NCBI GenBank assembly: GCA_045638945.1
Contig: JAZUCF010000024.1
Span: 93,275 to 157,274, forward strand
Length of the DNA stretch: 64,000 nt
Source of the DNA: Clostridia bacterium
GTDB taxonomy: Bacteria > Bacillota > Clostridia > UMGS1883
Direction: 5' to 3'
In this document: in pieces, positions 44,085 to 53,788 of the stretch
Layout: each line of letters begins with the position of its first letter
Numbering within the stretch: position 1 is the stretch's first letter
The notes under the pieces: model-generated
The model's input: the letters and a program-made list of their open reading frames with translations, nothing else
What the model was told of the DNA's origin: nothing
Database searches by the model: none
Made by a program: the position numbers and the translations under genes

Positions 44085-44741
44085 GTGATTGATGTGTTGG
44101 GCAGAACAATTTACGATATCAAATCAATACTTGAACGCGACCCTGCGGCGAGAAATGCACTGGAGGTAATACTTCTGTATCCCGGATTTCACGCGGTAAT
44201 GTTTCACAGGTTTGCACATATGCTCTATCGTTGTCATCTCAGATTTATTCCAAGGCTTATAAGTCAGATTTCAAGGTTTCTTACGAAAATTGAAATTCAT
44301 CCCGGAGCGACTATCGGTAAAGGGCTTTTAATTGACCATGGCTGCGGAGTTGTAATAGGCGAAACCACGGTAATAGGTGATGACTGCACTATATATCAGG
44401 GGGTAACCCTTGGAGGTACCGGTAAGGATACGGGAAAGCGTCATCCAACATTGGGTAATAATGTAATGGTTGGCTCAGGTGCAAAAATCTTAGGTCCCTT
44501 TACCGTAGGCGATAACTCAAAGATTGCGGCAAATGCCGTTCTGCTCCGTGAGGTTGAAGCGGACAGCACCTGCGTAGGCGTTCCTGCGCGTGTTGTAAAA
44601 CGCGGTGATAAAAGGGTGGATAATCTGGACCAGATTCATATTCCCGACCCTGTCAGCCAGGAGCTTTGTAGGATGAGTGCCCGAATTGATAAGCTTACTG
44701 CTGAGCTTGAAAAAGTAAAAAATACTGGCAACGAAAGGTGA
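44085..44741 (+). CDS. cysE: Serine O-acetyltransferase
   Basis: ILERDPAARNALEVILLYPGFHA, IHPGA.IG, hexapeptide repeats. The GTG at 44094 has better spacing from AGAGG than the GTG at 44085. Confidence 0.88.
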   Translation: MIDVLGRTIYDIKSILERDPAARNALEVILLYPGFHAVMFHRFAHMLYRCHLRFIPRLISQISRFLTKIEIHPGATIGKGLLIDHGCGVVIGETTVIGDDCTIYQGVTLGGTGKDTGKRHPTLGNNVMVGSGAKILGPFTVGDNSKIAANAVLLREVEADSTCVGVPARVVKRGDKRVDNLDQIHIPDPVSQELCRMSARIDKLTAELEKVKNTGNER

Positions 44742-44746
44742 TCGCT

Positions 44747-46135
44747 ATGAAATTATATAACACTTTAACAAGGACAAAGGAAGAATTTAAACCCTTAGTT
44801 CCAGGCGAGGTAAAAATGTATTCCTGCGGACCTACGGTTTACAACTACTTTCACTTAGGAAATGCACGCCCCTTTATAGTCTTTGACTGTCTCAGACAAT
44901 TTCTTGAATACAGGGGTTACGATGTTAAATTCGTGCAGAACTTCACTGATGTTGATGATAAGCTTATAAATAATGCAAGGGAAGAAGGAACTACCGTTCC
45001 CGAAATAGCTGAAAAATATATAAAAGAGTATTTTGTAGATGCTAAGGCTCTCGGAATCAAAGAAGCCTCCGTTCATCCCAGAGCTACGGAAAATATTGAT
45101 GCCATCATTGAAACCGTGTCCACCCTTATTGAAAAGGGACACGCATATGAGGTAGAGGGAGATGTATATTTCTCCGTTGAAAGCTACAAGGACTACGGAA
45201 AGCTCAGCCATCAGCCTCTTGAAGATTTGGAGAGCGGTGTCCGCAAGGAGCTTGACGATAAGAAACGCCACCCCATGGATTTTGCTCTGTGGAAGAAGCG
45301 TAAAACCGATGACGAAATAGGCTGGGAAAGCCCCTGGGGAATCGGAAGACCGGGCTGGCACATCGAATGTACTGCAATGGTAAACAGATACCTTGGTCAT
45401 ACCATTGATATTCACAGCGGCGGCTTTGACCTCATTTTCCCTCATCACGAAAATGAGATTGCACAAAGTGTTTGTGCGAACGGCACGCCTTTTGCAAACT
45501 ACTGGCTTCACAACGGTTTCATAAATGTAAATAATGAGAAAATGAGTAAATCTCTCGGTAATTTCTTTACTGTGCGTGATATCGCCGCAAAATATGACTA
45601 CGAAGTAATTCGTTTCTTTATGCTTTCGGCTCACTACAGAAGCCCCATCAATTTCTGCGATGAGCTTATGGATGCGGCGAAAAACGGTCTTGAAAGAATT
45701 TATAATTGTGTTGACAATATTGATTTCCTTATGAATAATGCTCAGGTCGGTGAAGCAGGGGAAGATATAAAGTCAGCTATGGAGGGGTATAAAAATAAGT
45801 TTATCTCATCCATGGAGGACGACCTTAATACTGCCGATGCAATTTCTGCAATTTTTGAGGCTGTACGTTATGCAAATACAATGCAGTCTCCCAATAAGGC
45901 TGAGCTTCAGCTTGCAAAGGACACCATTATAGAGCTTGGTAACGTGTTGGGACTTCTCAAAAATACCCAAAAAGCAAGCCTCGACGAAGAAATAGAGGCA
46001 CTGATTGCTGAGAGAACACAGGCAAGGAAAGATAAAAACTGGGCTTTGGCAGATAAAATCCGTGACGACCTTAAAGCAAGGGGAATTGTGCTTGAAGATA
46101 CCCCCGACGGAGTAAAATGGAAAATAGAAAAGTAA
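44747..46135 (+). CDS. cysS: Cysteine--tRNA ligase
   Basis: MKLYNTLTR..., HLGNAR (HIGH), GWHIECTAM, KMSKS. ATG at 44747 after GAAAGGTGA. Confidence 0.93.
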   Translation: MKLYNTLTRTKEEFKPLVPGEVKMYSCGPTVYNYFHLGNARPFIVFDCLRQFLEYRGYDVKFVQNFTDVDDKLINNAREEGTTVPEIAEKYIKEYFVDAKALGIKEASVHPRATENIDAIIETVSTLIEKGHAYEVEGDVYFSVESYKDYGKLSHQPLEDLESGVRKELDDKKRHPMDFALWKKRKTDDEIGWESPWGIGRPGWHIECTAMVNRYLGHTIDIHSGGFDLIFPHHENEIAQSVCANGTPFANYWLHNGFINVNNEKMSKSLGNFFTVRDIAAKYDYEVIRFFMLSAHYRSPINFCDELMDAAKNGLERIYNCVDNIDFLMNNAQVGEAGEDIKSAMEGYKNKFISSMEDDLNTADAISAIFEAVRYANTMQSPNKAELQLAKDTIIELGNVLGLLKNTQKASLDEEIEALIAERTQARKDKNWALADKIRDDLKARGIVLEDTPDGVKWKIEK

Positions 46136-46147
46136 GGGAGCAGTTAT

Positions 46148-46552
46148 ATGCTGTTTAAAGCTGACAATATAAATCCCAAGGAATACAGCCCTTTGGCTCT
46201 TGCATATATCGGGGACACGGTTTATGACCTTTTTATCAGAACAAAGGTGCTTCGAAAAGGAAACCGCCACGTTACCGTAATGCACAAGGAAGCAGTAAGC
46301 TTTGTTAAAGCACATTCCCAGTCGGTAAGTGCTTATGCAATAGAAGAGCATCTTACTGAGGATGAGCAACGCATTCTTAAATGGGGGCGTAATGCAAAGA
46401 GTAACACTACTCCGAAAAATGCCGATGTTACGGAGTATCGTATGGCAACGGGCTTTGAAACCCTTATTGGATATTTGTATCTTAATAATGATACCGAGCG
46501 TCTTGAGTTTTTGCTCGAAAAAGCATATGAGGCATCAGAAAAAAGTAATTAA
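46148..46552 (+). CDS. mrnC: Mini-ribonuclease 3
   Basis: 134 aa. LALAYIGDTVYDLFIR, ATGFETLIGYLYL. Conserved position after cysS. Confidence 0.85.
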   Translation: MLFKADNINPKEYSPLALAYIGDTVYDLFIRTKVLRKGNRHVTVMHKEAVSFVKAHSQSVSAYAIEEHLTEDEQRILKWGRNAKSNTTPKNADVTEYRMATGFETLIGYLYLNNDTERLEFLLEKAYEASEKSN

Positions 46553-46577
46553 TTTTAACATAGGAGTGATTGTCTAA

Positions 46578-47411
46578 ATGAAAAATTCTACCAAAATTCA
46601 TGCGTATAAAGCAAGAAAGCATGCTTTAACGGGTATTTACAATGCCGCATCCGGTCATCCGGGCGGAAGTCTTTCAATAGCAGACATTTTATCTGTTTTG
46701 TACTTTGAAAAGATGAATGTTGACCCGGAGAACCCAAAAATGGCAGATCGTGACAGATTTGTTCTTTCAAAAGGACATTGTGCACCCATCCTTTACGGAA
46801 TACTTGCAGAGCGTGGGTTTTTCTCCACCGACCTCTGTGCTACACTCCGTAGAGCGGACAGTATACTTCAGGGGCACCCCGATATGAAGGGCGTTCCCGG
46901 GGTGGATATGTCTACAGGCTCTCTCGGTCAGGGAATTTCAGCGGCTAACGGTATGGCTCTTTCAGCAAAGCTTGACGGTAAGGATTTTAAGGTTTACACA
47001 ATCCTTGGTGACGGCGAGATTGAAGAAGGTCAGGTGTGGGAGGCTGCAATGTTTGCGGCACACTACAAGCTTGATAATCTTGTAGCATTCCTTGATTTTA
47101 ACGGACTTCAGATTGACGGCGACATCCGTGAAGTTATGAACTCCACTCCTATCGACAAGAAGTTTGAGGCATTTAACTGGAATGTAATCACAATCGACGG
47201 ACACGATTACGATCAGATCAGAAATGCAATTGATGAAGCTCATAAGGTGGAAGGTAAACCCACCATCATCATTGCAAAGTGCATAAAAGGCAAGGGCGTT
47301 TCATTCATGGAAAATCAGGCAGGCTGGCACGGGGCTGCTCCCAATGAAGAACAGTACAAGCAGGCTATCGCGGAGCTTGACGAAGCACTCAGCACACTTG
47401 AGGCTGAATGA
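46578..47411 (+). CDS. Transketolase, N-terminal (TPP-binding) subunit
   Basis: 277 aa. SGHPGGSLS, LSKGH, GSLGQG, GDGE..EGQVWEA. Confidence 0.9.
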   Translation: MKNSTKIHAYKARKHALTGIYNAASGHPGGSLSIADILSVLYFEKMNVDPENPKMADRDRFVLSKGHCAPILYGILAERGFFSTDLCATLRRADSILQGHPDMKGVPGVDMSTGSLGQGISAANGMALSAKLDGKDFKVYTILGDGEIEEGQVWEAAMFAAHYKLDNLVAFLDFNGLQIDGDIREVMNSTPIDKKFEAFNWNVITIDGHDYDQIRNAIDEAHKVEGKPTIIIAKCIKGKGVSFMENQAGWHGAAPNEEQYKQAIAELDEALSTLEAE

Positions 47412-47420
47412 GAAAGGAAT

Positions 47421-48380
47421 GTGAAAGATATGGCTATAGGTGATAAGAAAGCAACTCGCGAGAGCTATGGTATGGCACTCGCTGAACTTGGTGAGAAATA
47501 TGATATTGTTGTAATGGATGCCGACCTTTCCAAATCAACAAAGACAGATACTTTCAAGAAGAAATTCCCCGAAAGATTTATTAATACAGGTATAGCCGAG
47601 GGCAATATGCTTTCAACGGCGGCAGGTCTTGCAAGCACGGGAAAGATTGTTTTTGCAAGCTCCTTTGCAATGTTTGCGGCAGGCCGTGCGTTTGAACAGA
47701 TTCGTAACTCTATCGGTTATCCCCATCTTAATGTGAAAATCGGTGCAACCCATGCAGGTATCAGCGTAGGCGAGGACGGTGCAACTCACCAGTGCCTTGA
47801 GGATATGGGTATTATGCGTACAATCCCCGGAATGGTAATCATTAATCCTGCTGACCATGTTGAGGCAATGGCGGCTGTAGAAGCAGCAGTTAAATATGAC
47901 GGACCTGTTTATCTCCGCTTCGGAAGACTTCCCGTTCCGCAGATTTTTGATGAAAATACATATAAATTTGAAATCGGTAAGGGTGTACAGCTTGCAGAGG
48001 GCAAGGACGCCACAATTATTGCGACAGGACTTATGGTTCCTTACGCATTGGAAGCAAGAGAGCTTCTTAAAAATGACGGAATTGATGCGGCAGTAATTAA
48101 TATTCATACAATTAAGCCCATTGACCGTGATATAATTGAAAAAGCAGCTCGTGAAACGGGTGCAATCGTTACTGCCGAGGAACACAACGTTAACTGCGGT
48201 CTTGGCAGTGCAGTGGCAGAGGTTCTTTGCGCAACATGTCCCGTTCCCATGCTGAGAGTGGGTACACAGGACGTATTTGGTAAGAGCGGTAAGCCCTACG
48301 AGCTTCTTAAAGAATACGGACTTTCAGCAGAAAATATTGCAGAAAACGTAAAGAAAGCAATAGCCTTGAAAACACGATAA
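47421..48380 (+). CDS. Transketolase, C-terminal (pyrimidine-binding) subunit
   Basis: 319 aa. GIAEGNM, VGEDGATHQ, IKPID. The ATG at 47430 is a possible alternative start. Confidence 0.9.
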   Translation: MKDMAIGDKKATRESYGMALAELGEKYDIVVMDADLSKSTKTDTFKKKFPERFINTGIAEGNMLSTAAGLASTGKIVFASSFAMFAAGRAFEQIRNSIGYPHLNVKIGATHAGISVGEDGATHQCLEDMGIMRTIPGMVIINPADHVEAMAAVEAAVKYDGPVYLRFGRLPVPQIFDENTYKFEIGKGVQLAEGKDATIIATGLMVPYALEARELLKNDGIDAAVINIHTIKPIDRDIIEKAARETGAIVTAEEHNVNCGLGSAVAEVLCATCPVPMLRVGTQDVFGKSGKPYELLKEYGLSAENIAENVKKAIALKTR

Positions 48381-48407
48381 AAATAATTCCAAAGGGGAAT
48401 TATACCG

Positions 48408-50585
48408 ATGAATGAACTTTTAGAAAAGTTAAATAAACCTCAGAGGGAGGCCGTTGAACATATCAACGGTCCTCTTTTGGTGTTGGCAGGTGCAGGAAGC
48501 GGCAAGACGAGAGTGCTTACTCACCGCATCGCGTATATGATTCAGGAAAAGGGGATTTCACCGTGGAGTATTCTTGCAATCACCTTTACAAATAAAGCCG
48601 CACGTGAAATGCTGCAGCGTGTAGAAAATCTTATCGGGGCTGTTGCAAATGATATGTGGGTAAGGACATTCCACTCTGCTTGTGTAAGAATTCTCCGCCG
48701 TGATATTGACCGCATCGGTTATGATACGCGTTTCAACATTATTGACTCCGATGACCAGAAATCCCTTGTTAAGGAATGTCTTAAGGAGCTTGGATTTGAT
48801 GAGAAACAGCTTCCGCCAAGAAGTGTTTTAAGTGAGATTTCCCATGCAAAGGACAATCTCTTGACTCCTGAAAATTACACCCTTGACTATGCGGACGATT
48901 ACAGGAAAAAACAAATCGCACGTGTGTATTCACTTTATCAGCATAAGTTAAAGACTGCAAACGATCTTGATTTTGATGATTTGATTATGCTTACGGTAAA
49001 GCTTTTTCAGGAAAACGAGGACGTGCTTGAATTTTACCGCAATAAATTCAAGTATGTACTTGTGGATGAGTTTCAGGATACAAACAAGGCACAGAATGAG
49101 CTGGTAATTCTGCTTGCAGGAAATCACCGCAACCTTTGCGTTGTGGGTGACGATGACCAGAGTATTTATAAGTTCCGCGGTGCTGATATTTCAAATATTC
49201 TTGATTTTGAGAAGGCTTTTCCAGAAAGCCGTGTAATACGCCTTGAACAAAATTACCGTTCAACGCAGAATATCCTTGATGCGGCAAACAGTGTGATTAA
49301 GAATAATTACGGAAGAAAGGGTAAAAAGCTCTGGACTGATAAAGGTGAGGGCGAAAAAATTAATGTGTATAAAGCGGCTAATGAATATGAAGAGGCAAGC
49401 TTTATTGCAGAAAAAATAGCACAAATGGTGCGTGACGGTTACAGCTATAACGATATGGCGGTACTCTACCGTGCAAATGCCTCATCACGAATCCTTGAGG
49501 AAGTGTTTATGCGTAAAGCACTTCCGTACAGAGTTCTTTCAGGACTTCGCTTCTATGACCGCAAGGAAATCCGTGATATGATTGCATATTTGAGGCTTAT
49601 AAAGAATCCCGATGATGATATCAGCCTTAAAAGAATTATAAATACACCGTCGAGAAAAATAGGAAAGGTAACTCTTGATAAAATTTCCGCTTTGGCTGAA
49701 AGAGAAAACTCAAGCATGCTTAAAGCAATCGGAAATAACAGGGATTCTGTTAATGCATCGGCAGTCGAGTTTTTCGACCTTATCGAAGAATTAAGGGCAT
49801 TTTCCCAAAATAGCTCCTTGGGCGACCTTGTAAATGAAGTATTTGAAAAATCACTTTATCGTGCTTTCCTTGAAACCGATGAAAAGGGTGAAGAACGCAT
49901 AGATAATGTGTACGAGCTTATAAACGGTGCTTCAAATTACGAAGAAAACAATGAAGATGCCACATTCCTTGATTATATGGATAATCTGGCACTTATCAGC
50001 GATATAGATAATTATGACGAGGATTTGGAAGCAGCGGTATTTATGACTATGCATGCCGCAAAGGGCTTGGAATTCCCCGTGGTTTTCATATGCGGCTTTG
50101 ATGATGGAATTTTCCCCAATATGGCAAGCTGCTATAGCAGTGAGGAATTAGAGGAAGAACGAAGATTGTGCTATGTGGGAATCACCCGTGCACAAGAGGT
50201 TCTTTTTATTACAACTGCACAAAACAGAATGCTTTACGGCAAAACCTCGGTGTATAAGCCGTCGAGATTCTTAGACGAAATCCCGACCGAGCTTCTCTTT
50301 GTTACGGACAACACTCCAAAACCGAGGGAATCGTGGCTCCCCGAAAACGACAACAACCGCTTCTCATATATCCCCGAAAGCTCATTGTTTGGTAATAAAC
50401 CAACCACTTATGAGGTAAAGGGCGAGGTATTTAAATCGGGGGACGTTGTAATCCATAAAAAATTCGGCAAAGGCATCGTAATTGATGCAACTCCCGTGGG
50501 AAACGACGTTCATTATGAAATAGCCTTTGAAAGCGTAGGAACAAAAAATCTTTTGGGGCTTTATGCAAAGCTTCAGAAAGCGTGA
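48408..50585 (+). CDS. pcrA: ATP-dependent DNA helicase PcrA (UvrD family)
   Basis: LNKPQREAV, AGAGSGKT, DEFQDTN, LEQNYRS, and a C-terminal Tudor-like tail (GDVVIHKKFGKG). Confidence 0.92.
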   Translation: MNELLEKLNKPQREAVEHINGPLLVLAGAGSGKTRVLTHRIAYMIQEKGISPWSILAITFTNKAAREMLQRVENLIGAVANDMWVRTFHSACVRILRRDIDRIGYDTRFNIIDSDDQKSLVKECLKELGFDEKQLPPRSVLSEISHAKDNLLTPENYTLDYADDYRKKQIARVYSLYQHKLKTANDLDFDDLIMLTVKLFQENEDVLEFYRNKFKYVLVDEFQDTNKAQNELVILLAGNHRNLCVVGDDDQSIYKFRGADISNILDFEKAFPESRVIRLEQNYRSTQNILDAANSVIKNNYGRKGKKLWTDKGEGEKINVYKAANEYEEASFIAEKIAQMVRDGYSYNDMAVLYRANASSRILEEVFMRKALPYRVLSGLRFYDRKEIRDMIAYLRLIKNPDDDISLKRIINTPSRKIGKVTLDKISALAERENSSMLKAIGNNRDSVNASAVEFFDLIEELRAFSQNSSLGDLVNEVFEKSLYRAFLETDEKGEERIDNVYELINGASNYEENNEDATFLDYMDNLALISDIDNYDEDLEAAVFMTMHAAKGLEFPVVFICGFDDGIFPNMASCYSSEELEEERRLCYVGITRAQEVLFITTAQNRMLYGKTSVYKPSRFLDEIPTELLFVTDNTPKPRESWLPENDNNRFSYIPESSLFGNKPTTYEVKGEVFKSGDVVIHKKFGKGIVIDATPVGNDVHYEIAFESVGTKNLLGLYAKLQKA

Positions 50586-51331
50586 TAATTATGTATAATG
50601 AGTTTGCTTATTTATACGATAAATTAATAAACGATGTTGACTATAAAAGCTGGGCAGACTATTATTTTAAAATATTTCAGCGTTATGGCCTTAAGCCCAA
50701 ACTCGGGCTTGACCTTGGCTGCGGAACAGGTAATATGACTGTAGAGCTGGCAAATCGCGGCATAGAAATGACAGGTGTGGACTTGTCGGAAGATATGCTT
50801 ATGGTGGCAAGGGAAAAGTCAGAGGGTCTTGATATATTATATCTCAACCAGGATATGGCGGAGTTTGAGCTTTACGGGACTGTGGATTTTGTCATTTCAA
50901 GCCTTGATTGCATAAACTATGTTACCGATAAGCGTGAGCTTCTTCGTGTGTTTAAGCTTGTGAATAACTACCTTGACCCAGGCGGGCTTTTTATCTTTGA
51001 TATAAATACTGCGTATAAGCTTGAGAATGTGATAGGTAACAACATCTTTGTTCTTGAAGATGACAACGTTTTCTGCACATGGCAGAATGAATATGATAAG
51101 AAGAGAAAAATCTGCGATTTTTACCTGACATTCTTCTGCAAGGATGGTAGCGAATATACAAGGTTTGATGAGAAACACAGCGAGCGTGCATATGAAATAG
51201 ACGAGATAAAAACGCTGATTGAAAATTCGGGTATGAAGCTCCTGAGGGTGTATAACTCTCTTAGTTTCGATAATCCTAAGAAGAATAGTGAAAGAGTATT
51301 TTTTGTTGCTCAGGAACAGGGGAAAAGATAA
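50582..51331 (+). CDS. Class I SAM-dependent methyltransferase
   Basis: Motif I LDLGCGTGN and post-I GVDLSEDML. The ATG at 50591 is an alternative start. Confidence 0.75.
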   Translation: MIIMYNEFAYLYDKLINDVDYKSWADYYFKIFQRYGLKPKLGLDLGCGTGNMTVELANRGIEMTGVDLSEDMLMVAREKSEGLDILYLNQDMAEFELYGTVDFVISSLDCINYVTDKRELLRVFKLVNNYLDPGGLFIFDINTAYKLENVIGNNIFVLEDDNVFCTWQNEYDKKRKICDFYLTFFCKDGSEYTRFDEKHSERAYEIDEIKTLIENSGMKLLRVYNSLSFDNPKKNSERVFFVAQEQGKR

Positions 51332-52563
51332 TGATTGTAGTTATAGGCGGAGGTGCCGCAGGTATGATGGCGGCAATCTCGGCAGCGCAGGAGGGTGCAA
51401 GCGTCACCCTGATAGAAAAGAATAAGGATTTGGGAAAAAAGCTCCGCATAACAGGCAAGGGAAGATGCAACGTTACAAATGGCTGTGCTACAGAGGAAAT
51501 ATTTGAAAATATCCCCACCAACCGCAACTTTCTCTACAGTGCAATATATACCTTCTCTAATTTTGACACCATGAATTTCTTTGAAAAATGCGGTGTTAAA
51601 TTAAAGGAGGAGAGGGGCGCGCGTATATTTCCGCAAAGTGATAATGCGGCGGATATAGTAAATGCTCTCAAAAATAAGCTCAGAGAGCTTAATGTAAAGA
51701 TTATTGGCGGAAAAGTTATCGAAATTCTCACCGATAACGGCATGGTAAAAGGCGTGAAAACCGAAACCTCCACAGTTTTTTGCGAAAGCGTCATATTGGC
51801 AACAGGAGGCAAAAGCTATCCGCAGACAGGCTCTACCGGCGACGGATACACACTCGTACAAGAGACAGGACATACCATTACAAAGATTAAACCTGCCCTT
51901 GTTCCACTGGAAACGGTGGAAAGTACAAAAGCTTTAATGGGACTTTCACTGAAAAATATTTCAGTTTCTGTTTTTGATAAACAAGGTAAAAAGAAGTATA
52001 CGGACTTTGGAGAGATGCTTTTTACCCATTTTGGATTGACAGGTCCCGTTATTCTTTCTTCCAGCAGTCATATGGGGGAAAAACCCGAGGGAATGCGTGT
52101 GGAAATCGACCTTAAACCGGCACTTGATACGGATACTCTTGATAAAAGAATACTGCGTGATTTTGAAAAATACCAAAATAAAAATTTTGAAAATTCTCTT
52201 TCCGATTTACTTCCGTCAAAGATGATTGATTATATTGTGAAAAAATCGGGAATAGATCCATATAAAAAGGTGAACAGTATTACTAAAGAGGAGAGAAAAA
52301 ATCTTCTTAATCTTTTAAAGCATCTTTCTTTTACCGTTAAATCATACCGCCCTGTATCCGAAGCAATCATAACAAGCGGTGGAGTAAATGTGAAAGAAAT
52401 CAACGCATCTACAATGGAAAGTAAAATTGTAAAGGGACTTTACTTTGCAGGTGAAGTTATAGATGTTGATGCCTATACAGGCGGATTTAATCTGCAAATA
52501 GCATTTTCCACGGGACATCTCGCCGGAAAAAGTGCCGCAGAAAACAAGGAGGAAGAGTTATGA
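51331..52563 (+). CDS. NAD(P)/FAD-dependent oxidoreductase, HI0933/YhiN family
   Basis: VIGGGAAGMMAA dinucleotide fold, TGKGRCNVTN, GLYFAGEVIDVDAYTGGFNLQ. Confidence 0.82.
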   Translation: MIVVIGGGAAGMMAAISAAQEGASVTLIEKNKDLGKKLRITGKGRCNVTNGCATEEIFENIPTNRNFLYSAIYTFSNFDTMNFFEKCGVKLKEERGARIFPQSDNAADIVNALKNKLRELNVKIIGGKVIEILTDNGMVKGVKTETSTVFCESVILATGGKSYPQTGSTGDGYTLVQETGHTITKIKPALVPLETVESTKALMGLSLKNISVSVFDKQGKKKYTDFGEMLFTHFGLTGPVILSSSSHMGEKPEGMRVEIDLKPALDTDTLDKRILRDFEKYQNKNFENSLSDLLPSKMIDYIVKKSGIDPYKKVNSITKEERKNLLNLLKHLSFTVKSYRPVSEAIITSGGVNVKEINASTMESKIVKGLYFAGEVIDVDAYTGGFNLQIAFSTGHLAGKSAAENKEEEL

Positions 52564-53225
52564 CGAAAATCGCTATCGACGGTCCTGCAGGAGCGGGAAA
52601 AAGCACCATTTCAAAAAAAGTGGCAAAGGAGCTTGGGTACGTGTATATTGACACTGGGGCAATGTACCGTACAGTAGGTCTTAAAGCTGTAAGAATGGGG
52701 ATTAACACTAAGGACGAAAAAGGCGTTACATCAATTCTGCCTGACCTTGATATTGACATCAGACATGAGGGCGTCGAACAGCAAATTTATCTTGACGGAG
52801 AAAATGTTTCCGATAAAATCCGTACTCCCGAAATTTCCATGGCGGCAAGTAACGTTTCTGCCATTGGTGCGGTAAGAGTCGCCCTTGTTGATATGCAAAG
52901 AAAGCTTGCCGAGAATCACGATGTTGTTATGGACGGCAGGGATATCGCAACTTTTGTGCTTCCCGATGCAGAGGTTAAAATTTTCCTTACGGCGTCAGTT
53001 GAAGCACGTGCGGCAAGGCGTTACAGAGAGCTTATTGAAAAAGGCGAGAGCGTGTCCCTTGAAGATGTTAAAGCTGAAATGATACAAAGAGATAAAAATG
53101 ACTCTACCCGCAAAGTATCACCGCTTAAGGTAGCGGATGATGCAACGGTTATTGATAACTCTGACCTTGGTTTAGAGGAATCAGTTAGCAAGGTAGTAGA
53201 ATTTATAAGGAGCAAAATCTCATGA
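52560..53225 (+). CDS. cmk: Cytidylate kinase
   Basis: IAIDGPAGAGKST, DTGAMYR, GRDIAT. Confidence 0.92.
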   Translation: MTKIAIDGPAGAGKSTISKKVAKELGYVYIDTGAMYRTVGLKAVRMGINTKDEKGVTSILPDLDIDIRHEGVEQQIYLDGENVSDKIRTPEISMAASNVSAIGAVRVALVDMQRKLAENHDVVMDGRDIATFVLPDAEVKIFLTASVEARAARRYRELIEKGESVSLEDVKAEMIQRDKNDSTRKVSPLKVADDATVIDNSDLGLEESVSKVVEFIRSKIS

Positions 53226-53788
53226 GTTTTTACAGAATAGCAGTAAAATGTGCGGGAGGAGTATTTAGGGTGTTTCTCTTGTCGAAAACCCGCGGAAAAG
53301 AAAATATTCCGTGTGAAGGACCATTCCTTTTGTGTGCGAATCACCGAAGCTATAAGGACCCCATTCTGATTGCGGCAGGGTGCAATCGTGACCTTACTTT
53401 CATGGCTAAGGAGGAGCTTTTTAGAAAGCCCGGCTTAGGCTGGCTTATTAAAAAGCTCGGGGCATTCCCCATTAAAAGAGGCAGGGGAGATGCTGCGGCA
53501 GTCATGGCAACTCTTAAAATTATGAAAAAAGGCGAGCCGACATTGATTTTCCCCGAGGGCACGAGGCTCAGAAAAGGTGAAAGAAAACAGGTTAATTCAG
53601 GAATAATCAGACTTGCCTTGCAGTCGAATGTCCCTATATTACCTGCATTTGTCGGTGCGAACAAAGTTACATACGGGAAACCGATATCTTATGCTCAGTA
53701 TGCCGAGCAGGCACAGGACGGAGATGTTATGCAGCGTCTTGCGGACGAGCTTATGGATACCATCTATGCTTTGGGTGAAAAGAAATGA
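53222..53788 (+). CDS. plsC: 1-acyl-sn-glycerol-3-phosphate acyltransferase
   Basis: NHRSYKDP (HX4D) and FPEGTR motifs. Confidence 0.82.
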   Translation: MSFYRIAVKCAGGVFRVFLLSKTRGKENIPCEGPFLLCANHRSYKDPILIAAGCNRDLTFMAKEELFRKPGLGWLIKKLGAFPIKRGRGDAAAVMATLKIMKKGEPTLIFPEGTRLRKGERKQVNSGIIRLALQSNVPILPAFVGANKVTYGKPISYAQYAEQAQDGDVMQRLADELMDTIYALGEKK